The position numbers and the translations under genes are program-made. DNA of 49,636 bases from Candidatus Moranbacteria bacterium RIFCSPLOWO2_12_FULL_48_12 (lineage in GTDB: Bacteria > Patescibacteriota > Minisyncoccia > Moranbacterales > UBA1568). The first letter of the stretch is position 1. Every line of letters starts with the position of its first letter. Shown here piece by piece: positions 43,850 to 49,636 of this stretch. The notes under the pieces were generated by a model. That model worked only from the letters and a program-made list of their open reading frames with translations, had not been told where the DNA came from and ran no database searches. The stretch is taken from positions 1-49,636 of the forward strand of contig MFSB01000023.1 of the NCBI GenBank assembly GCA_001784735.1, written 5' to 3'.

Positions 43850-44809
43850 ATGCAAAACTTCGATTCTGAATTTCATACGCTTGAATATATCATATTAAAA
43901 TCAAAGCGAGTGCTCCTGTTCGCGCATAGCCGGCCGGATCCGGATACCGTCGGAGCCAACCTTGCCCTGACCGAATACGTCAAAAACTGTGGAAAACACG
44001 TGGATATCGCCTGTTTCGATGCTTTTCCCGATACCCTCAAGTCTTTGCGAGAGGAAATATTTTTTCATCCCGACCAACTCGATCTCGGGAGCTATGATGC
44101 CGTCATCGCTTGCGATAGCGTTGATCGCGGTTTTGATAAGATTGTGGAGGCGCTAGCGCCAGAACAAGTAGTAGTACTCATCGACCATCACCCCAATATC
44201 AACATAACCGGTGATGTTATGATGATTGATGCGGAATATTCTTCGTCGTCCGAACTGGTCTATCTTTTTTTCTCGGCGATACATACCAAAGTCACCAAGT
44301 CGATGGCGACGATGCTCCTTATGGGAATCCTCTTTGATACTGGTAGTTTTCAGCACGGAGGAGTTTCACCTCAAGTGATGGAGATTGCCGCGGATCTCGT
44401 GAGAAAAGGAGCGCCGCTTGCCAAGATTACAAAAGTTATTTTTACGAATAAGAACATCGCCGCGCTCAAACTGTGGGGAAGAGCCTTCGAGAAAGCGCAC
44501 TTCAACCAAAAAAATGGCATGCTCGTCACCGCTATCACGAAGAAGGATGTCGAAGAATGCCGCGCCTCCGTCGAAGATATTTACCAAGTCACTTCCATCT
44601 TAAGCGCCGTGCCGGATGCGAAATTCGCTCTCGTCCTTTCCGAGCGCGCTGGCAATATCGTCCGGGCCAGCCTGCGTTCGATGGAACAGCATGGCGTCGA
44701 TGTCTCCGCTATCGCAGAGCAGTTCGGCGGGGGAGGCCACAAGCTCGCCTCAGGCTTTGAGATCCATGGCAAGCTCGTCGAAACCCAGGATGGATGGATG
44801 GTGACCTAA
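43850..44809 (+). CDS. DHH-family phosphoesterase (NrnA-like oligoribonuclease/pAp phosphatase)
   Basis: LLFAHSRPDPDTVGANLAL, IDHHPN, GILFDTGSFQH and FGGGGHKLASGF (DHHA1). Confidence 0.9.
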   Translation: MQNFDSEFHTLEYIILKSKRVLLFAHSRPDPDTVGANLALTEYVKNCGKHVDIACFDAFPDTLKSLREEIFFHPDQLDLGSYDAVIACDSVDRGFDKIVEALAPEQVVVLIDHHPNINITGDVMMIDAEYSSSSELVYLFFSAIHTKVTKSMATMLLMGILFDTGSFQHGGVSPQVMEIAADLVRKGAPLAKITKVIFTNKNIAALKLWGRAFEKAHFNQKNGMLVTAITKKDVEECRASVEDIYQVTSILSAVPDAKFALVLSERAGNIVRASLRSMEQHGVDVSAIAEQFGGGGHKLASGFEIHGKLVETQDGWMVT

Positions 44810-44852
44810 GCTCGAGCAAAAACGAGCAGACAATAATTCGAAAATTGAGAAT

Positions 44853-45446
44853 ATGAATAAACAAGAAACCCTCGATGCCTTGAATGAAAGAATGTCGCTC
44901 CAGTGCGATTGTTCTTTGCGTATCCAGGCAACCCAGGCCGTGCCAGGGGACGGAAGCGCTTTGGCAGAAATTCTTTTCATCGGCGAAGCGCCGGGGAAAA
45001 ATGAGGATCTCCAAGGCATCCCCTTCATCGGCGCGGCAGGAAAATTCCTTTCGGAAATGCTCGCCACTATAGAGCTCAAGCGCGAAGATATCTATATCAC
45101 CAACATCGTGAAGTATCGCCCGCCTAATAACCGCGATCCGCTCCCGGAAGAAATCAGCGCATGCCTGCCCTCGCTCTATAAACAAATAAAAATCATCCGG
45201 CCGAAGATCATCGTAACGCTCGGGCGGCATGCTATGGAACATTTCATTCCAGGCAAGAAAATTTCCTTGGTCCACGGCCAGGCTTTCCGCCGGGCGCTGC
45301 CGGGTATCGGGTCGCAGGTATTTTTCGTCCTCTATCATCCTGCGGCCGCCCTCTACAACGGCAGCCTGCGCGCTACCCTCATCGAAGACTTCAAAAAAAT
45401 TCCCAAAGTTTTGGAAAAAATAAAAGAGGGAAATCACGAAAAATGA
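44853..45446 (+). CDS. uracil-DNA glycosylase, family 4
   Basis: ILFIGEAPGKNEDLQGIPFIGAAGKFL, YITNIVKYRPPNNRDP and VLYHPAAALY. Confidence 0.9.
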   Translation: MNKQETLDALNERMSLQCDCSLRIQATQAVPGDGSALAEILFIGEAPGKNEDLQGIPFIGAAGKFLSEMLATIELKREDIYITNIVKYRPPNNRDPLPEEISACLPSLYKQIKIIRPKIIVTLGRHAMEHFIPGKKISLVHGQAFRRALPGIGSQVFFVLYHPAAALYNGSLRATLIEDFKKIPKVLEKIKEGNHEK

Positions 45447-45488
45447 TTTCCCTCTACGTTTTCCGATCATGTTCTCCATCGATGCTCA

Positions 45489-46679
45489 CTACACCATGTG
45501 AGCTTTTGGTATCTCGAGCAAGTATCTGATTAGCTCGTCAACCGATCGGATATCCGAGAAAGGAAGTTGTCCCGAACCGCGGAAACAGATCCCTTGTTTT
45601 ACGTTCCCATGAAATGCGTTGGCGAGCAGGGACTCTATGCAGAACCGACCTGCCGTTGTCGGCTCCATATCGCAAAGGCCGCAGTAGGAAAGGCAGCTCA
45701 CGCCTCGCCGGCACATATTCCGCGTGATGTGAGCGCTTTGGATAGCCTTTTCTCGTTTGAGATAGCCCTCGAGCCAGGGTGTTGCGACCGCCCTCGCGGG
45801 AAGCCCTGCCGTACTCATAAAGACCCGCATATCTTCGGGTGTAGCGGCGAGGAGCACGTGTTTGAAGTTGGGATGTGCGTCGCCTTCTTCCGTAACGGCA
45901 AAAGCGGTGCCGATCTGCACCGCAGAAGCTCCCAGGGAGAGAATCTCGCGGATCTTTTCGGGAGAATTGATGCCTCCAGCGACAATTACGGGTATCTCTC
46001 CTTTCGCGATGCCGAGCTCAGCAAAAACTTTAAAGACCTCGGGAAGAACGATCGGAAAGTCGAACCTTACATCCGCCACTGCCGCCACATTCTTAGCACC
46101 CAGATGTCCACCCGCACGACCGGGATGTTCGATTACGATGGCATCGGGCAGACGGTGGTAACGACCCATCCAGCGCTTGAGAACGACAAAAACCCCTCGA
46201 GCTTCCGAAAGTATCGGGATCAGCGCCACATCCGGATACTCTTTGGTAAGCTTCGGTAAATCAAAGGGAAGCCCCGCTCCCATGACGATCGCATTAACCC
46301 TGCTTTTACAAGCCTGGCGCACGTGATCTTCCCATTCGGTTATCGCTTTCATCACATTGACAGCAAGAAATCCTTCTTTGCCACAGATGTCCCGCGCCAA
46401 CGCAATCTCTCGGCGGAGCGCTTCCAAATTGGCTTCGATAACAAGGGCATTGTCACGGCTCTCTTCAGTGCGCGCGAGGAGATCGGGATGAAGCTGGCGT
46501 AGTTCCACGCTGGCAATCGTTCCCATCGCCCCCAATTTTTCGCCCGTCGCATCGATTACCCTCGGTTTTGCAACCGTTCCTGCTAATCTGTGGGCCGAAA
46601 TGGCCACTCCCATCCCGCCTTGCACTACGGGAAGAAGTTTTTTTCCTTTAATGTGAAATGTTTGTTCAAAAAGTAGCAT
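45489..46679 (-). CDS. nitronate monooxygenase / FabK-like FMN oxidoreductase with Cys-rich C-terminal extension
   Basis: LLPVVQGGMGVAIS, IVMGAGLPFDLP, GGHLG and VIVAGGINSPEKIREILSLGASAVQIGTAF. The tail has CRRGVSCLSYCGLC...FCI. Start at MLLFEQTF (46679). Confidence 0.75.
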   Translation of the reverse strand: MLLFEQTFHIKGKKLLPVVQGGMGVAISAHRLAGTVAKPRVIDATGEKLGAMGTIASVELRQLHPDLLARTEESRDNALVIEANLEALRREIALARDICGKEGFLAVNVMKAITEWEDHVRQACKSRVNAIVMGAGLPFDLPKLTKEYPDVALIPILSEARGVFVVLKRWMGRYHRLPDAIVIEHPGRAGGHLGAKNVAAVADVRFDFPIVLPEVFKVFAELGIAKGEIPVIVAGGINSPEKIREILSLGASAVQIGTAFAVTEEGDAHPNFKHVLLAATPEDMRVFMSTAGLPARAVATPWLEGYLKREKAIQSAHITRNMCRRGVSCLSYCGLCDMEPTTAGRFCIESLLANAFHGNVKQGICFRGSGQLPFSDIRSVDELIRYLLEIPKAHMV

Positions 46680-46830
46680 GTGAGCTCCTTCTATCGTTGT
46701 TAAAGAATGTCCTGCAGTAGACAAAGCATACCAGAAAACGGCGCTTTGACAAAAAGCCATCCTGATAAAAAAGGACTCCGCCTAGCGTTTTAGCTAGGGG
46801 AGTCGTGTCGTAATAAAACGCTTGTTGCAG

Positions 46831-47415
46831 TTAGCAGGCGAAAAGTCTCGCATTTTGGCCCACATTAACCCTCAAGGTGTAAGGGAGAGCATCGGCTAGG
46901 GCAGGAATCAAAAATGGATAGCGTCCTTTGTTTTCGAGAATCCACCTTTCAACATCGCCTACACCGACGCGGATATCCATACCATACTCACCCTCAAATT
47001 GAGTATAGTACAGCCAGGCAATATCCCTCCTAAAAACCATCTCAGGAATGTTGCCCTTCACACAGTTGATTTTCAGTTCAGTTAACCAGTCCCTATTCAC
47101 TACATATTGCGAGGTCGGGAAAAGAACTTTCCTGAAATAAGCCGATTGCTTTACTTGGGCGATTCGCCCAAGATACAAATACTTTCCGCCAATCTTTTTT
47201 TCACTGCTTGCATACCTGTACACGATTAGTACCGGCTCTCCTTGGTGGCAGGCAAAACGCTCGGCTAAAGTCCGAAAAAAACGTCGGCGCAAGATCATAA
47301 CCCGGATACGCGCCATAAAGCTCGGCCAAATTTTCGGATCGAGGTGCCGTATATCTGCCTTACCGATCAAGCCGGTAAGCCGTTCTCGCGTACTCAGCCC
47401 TTTCTGTGCACTCAT
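46831..47415 (-). CDS. hypothetical protein
   Basis: Start set at MSAQKGLS (47415) because the upstream part of the track ORF overlaps tRNA-Leu. No motif recognised. Confidence 0.5.
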   Translation of the reverse strand: MSAQKGLSTRERLTGLIGKADIRHLDPKIWPSFMARIRVMILRRRFFRTLAERFACHQGEPVLIVYRYASSEKKIGGKYLYLGRIAQVKQSAYFRKVLFPTSQYVVNRDWLTELKINCVKGNIPEMVFRRDIAWLYYTQFEGEYGMDIRVGVGDVERWILENKGRYPFLIPALADALPYTLRVNVGQNARLFAC

Positions 47416-47512
47416 GGGACATTCTTTCCTAAAAAAGATTATTAAGATTACGCTCTGTAAATTCATTAAAACAATAAATTTGCCAAACGGCAAATTTGTC
47501 GCTTTTTGGTTG

Positions 47513-47594
47513 TGGGTCAGGTGGGACTCGAACCCACACGCCTTTCGGGCACAACATTTTAAGTGTCGCGCGTATACCATTCCGCCACTGACCC
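47513..47594 (-). tRNA. tRNA-Leu (anticodon TAA)
   Basis: Reverse complement: GGGTCAG TG GCG GAATGGTATA CGC G CGACA CTTAAAA TGTTG TGCCCGAAAGGCGT GTGGG TTCGAGT CCCAC CTGACCC A. It has a long variable arm. Confidence 0.9.
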
Positions 47595-47649
47595 CTATTT
47601 GTGTCTTTACCAAATTCCGGATTCCAGATTCAAAATTCTTTTTATTATG

Positions 47650-47720
47650 AGGTCCGGAGCGGAGTTGAACCGCTTTAAAAGGTTTTGCAGACCTTTGCCT
47701 AACCGATCGGCCACCGGACC
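47650..47720 (-). tRNA. tRNA-Cys (anticodon GCA)
   Basis: Reverse complement: GGTCCGG TG GCC GATCGGTTA GGC A AAGGT CTGCAAA ACCTT TTAA AGCGG TTCAACT CCGCT CCGGACC T. The U73 discriminator is expected for Cys. Confidence 0.9.
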
Positions 47721-47775
47721 TTTTATCAAACAGAACATCGTCAGTCTATCGAAGTTGGAGGAGGGCGTCAATTCA

Positions 47776-47884
47776 CCCCGTTAGATATTCAAGACAGTCT
47801 CTACTATGTAAAATACTGTAAGGCGAAGCCGCCTTACGGCTCTGATAAATTTTTACTACACACGCTCACTAAATATCTCACGGG
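47776..47884. repeat. CCCCGTTA-family hairpin element, copy E
   Basis: Arms CCCCGTTAGATATT / AATATCTCACGGG with one mismatch. Inner hairpin GTAAGGCG-AAGC-CGCCTTAC. Confidence 0.7.
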
Positions 47885-47930
47885 ACAAGAAAACACCCCG
47901 CTTGAGTAGCAGGGTGTTTTCTGTTTTGTT

Positions 47931-48482
47931 TTACTCTATCACTTGCGCCACCAAGTTGCGGCGACCGAAAGCGAAAGCTTCCGCTTTGGTCTTCACATAG
48001 ATATCGAAGTGATTGCCTTTGATAGCTCCGCCGCGGTCTTCACAGCGGAGTTCTCCCACGCCTTCAATACTGACCTTGGTACCAAAAGGAAAAGCCGGCG
48101 GACAAGCAAGCGTCCGTTTTTCAGCTACCTTTAGTCCGGAAGCGGTAATGCCGTCGTTCTTGCCGCACTCATCAGCCGCCGCCGTATAGGCAGAAGCGTT
48201 GATGACAAACTTCTCTTTTGGAAGAGCTGCCCATTTATCAGCCTGTTTTTGCTTCCAACGCTTGAGAGTTTTTTCCTCGAAAGACATCGGGGCGGGAGCC
48301 GCTGCCAGCGTCTGCTTGTCTTCAACCAGGAATGTCCAATCCAGTAAGAATGGGTCATTTTTGAAGTCATAGAGGCTCGGCAGGGGAAGCTCAACTTTGG
48401 TTTCCGCGGCCTGAACAGTGTTTATATTGGAAAGGATCACGATCATGGCTACAGCGAAAAGAAAACCTTTTCGAAATATCAT
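47931..48482 (-). CDS. 3D-domain (MltA-like) cell-wall protein
   Basis: Signal peptide, then INASAYTAAADECGKNDGITASGLKV...GTKVSIEGVGELRCEDRGGAIKGNHFDIYV, which carries the three conserved Asp of the 3D domain. Confidence 0.85.
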   Translation of the reverse strand: MIFRKGFLFAVAMIVILSNINTVQAAETKVELPLPSLYDFKNDPFLLDWTFLVEDKQTLAAAPAPMSFEEKTLKRWKQKQADKWAALPKEKFVINASAYTAAADECGKNDGITASGLKVAEKRTLACPPAFPFGTKVSIEGVGELRCEDRGGAIKGNHFDIYVKTKAEAFAFGRRNLVAQVIE

Positions 48483-48625
48483 AGATTGCTCTTACGGATG
48501 AGCCGTCCTTTGGCGAGCCTCGACCAATCAACCTGATTGGGCGGGCTGCAACCCTCGGAAGGGCGACGGGCCGGCTTTGGGTCGAGCCTCGCCTACTGGC
48601 GGGCTGGCTTTTTGGCCAACTGAAC

Positions 48626-48654
48626 ATCCTAGCACAAAAACAGAAACAAGTCAA
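48626..48654 (-). promoter_or_regulatory. sigma70-type promoter candidate for the 3D-domain gene
   Basis: The minus strand reads TTGACT (48654-48649), a 17-nt spacer, then TAGGAT (48631-48626). The -35 box abuts the end of hairpin G. Confidence 0.5.
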
Positions 48655-48766
48655 CCCCAGTTACATATTCAAGGTAAGTATTATGGCTTTTTAGAGCCAT
48701 AAGACGAAGTCGCCTATCGGCTTTTAACCTCAAGAGAAGTACATCTTTGCCAAATATGTAACGAGG
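48655..48766 (-). repeat. CCCCGTTA-family hairpin element, copy G (with conserved apical core)
   Basis: Arms CCCCAGTTACATATT / AATATGTAACGAGG. Core TAAGACGAAGTCGCCTATCGGCTTT (about 48700-48724). Flanked by TCAA, or GTCAA, on both sides. Confidence 0.8.
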
Positions 48767-49098
48767 TCAAGGCCAAAGTACCACTATTTGGCTTATTTAA
48801 GGCAAATTATACCAATATTATTGGCATATTTCTGCTTAAGAGCGGCTTTTCTTGGGTTTATGCGCCCAAAAGCCCTGTGAGTTTCCCCCGCACCCCTTCG
48901 CTCCACGTGAAAAGATAGCTTCGTATGCCCATACCGCTCGCTACCGCGACATGGGTCTTCAAATTGTCGAAACAACAGGTATTTATCCCAGAGCGAGCCA
49001 TGTACCCTGAAACGAGATTAAGCTCGTTTCATATCCGCGGCCAGCCTCGCCAAGTCTAGGCGGGCAAGCCGTGGGGGAAAGCCTGTGGCTATTAGAAC

Positions 49099-49539
49099 TT
49101 ACTGTTGTTCAAAACCTTGAGCAATCCTTACTGCCTCTTGTTTCACCTCACCAACTGTGGAACTCTCTCTTATGGGTATTTCGATATAAATACCATCCCT
49201 CATTGTAGCCCCGTGGATTGTACCCAGCTTCCCAATGCGTAGAGCTATTTCTCGGTTTTTCTCTGAAAGCGCTTCGAGATCAAGTGTAATATAAGCATAT
49301 CCATTGGCTATGTCTTTTTTATTTGCTGAAGAAAATACGGTTTTTATCCCTTTCTCATGTAGTATTTTGCAAGATTCCAGTAGCGGTGCCTCCACCAGAG
49401 TTTCTAAATCTTCTGCTTTCTCCGCCGTTATCCCTCCTTCTTCAATTGGTTTGACAGAAGAAATAAGAGTTGAGTCAGAGTATGAAATACTTTTGACCTC
49501 AAACTTCTTCGGATGAATGGTAAATTCCTTCTGATTCAT
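49099..49539 (-). CDS. hypothetical protein
   Basis: Start set at MNQKEFTIHP (49539) because the upstream part of the track ORF overlaps tRNA-Gly. No motif recognised. Confidence 0.5.
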   Translation of the reverse strand: MNQKEFTIHPKKFEVKSISYSDSTLISSVKPIEEGGITAEKAEDLETLVEAPLLESCKILHEKGIKTVFSSANKKDIANGYAYITLDLEALSEKNREIALRIGKLGTIHGATMRDGIYIEIPIRESSTVGEVKQEAVRIAQGFEQQ

Positions 49540-49559
49540 AAGACCTTTGAGCGGGTGAG

Positions 49560-49632
49560 CGGAATCGAACCGCCGTCTCGTGCTTGGCAAGCACGTGTAA
49601 TGAACCATTATACGACACCCGCGCGCTATATC
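49560..49632 (-). tRNA. tRNA-Gly (anticodon GCC)
   Basis: Reverse complement: GCGGGTG TC GTAT AATGGTTC ATTAC A CGTGC TTGCCAA GCACG AGAC GGCGG TTCGATT CCGCT CACCCGC T. Confidence 0.85.
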
Positions 49633-49636
49633 AAAA

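Noticed and set aside
48483-48625. A confident ydaO (c-di-AMP) riboswitch call.
   Set aside because: Only the 3' tail and the duplicated architecture are reminiscent of ydaO. The conserved G-rich cores are missing, so it is reported only as a candidate leader.

Overview
49.6-kb chromosomal segment of a small-genome bacterium. The gene content suggests a Patescibacteria/CPR-like organism, which is inference only. I call about 40 CDS, mostly on the minus strand. Housekeeping genes include a XerC/D-type recombinase, pcrA, rsmA, comM/yifB, lspA, yraN, pnp, rpsO, ispG, gyrA, rpsA, gmk, tilS, ftsH, rbfA, an NrnA-like DHH phosphoesterase and a family-4 UDG. Cell-wall enzymes include a LysM-CHAP hydrolase, a DUF348-G5-RlpA protein and a 3D-domain protein. 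There are also several secreted or membrane hypotheticals and six intact tRNAs: Val-GAC, Ala-GGC, Arg-CCT, Leu-TAA, Cys-GCA and Gly-GCC. I found no rRNA, CRISPR array, cas gene, transposase or reverse transcriptase. The unusual content is non-coding or repeat structure. (1) An O-antigen-ligase-like gene (40798-42747) carries 17 identical copies of the palindrome TGTTCCACGTGGAACA. They are arranged in arrays, are read in all three frames and never break the ORF. (2) At least 11 intergenic hairpin elements are bounded by CCCCGTTA...TAACGGGG. Their stems covary, three share a conserved apical core, one copy is nested inside another, and several copies interrupt decayed tRNA-Val paralogues. (3) A membrane-anchored PaaX-C/Cas2-fold regulator is bracketed by three copies of a 28-36 bp perfect palindrome. 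(4) Several further repeat families and a roughly 1-kb unassigned structured non-coding gap are present. All functional calls rest on motif recognition in the supplied translations. No database search was possible.
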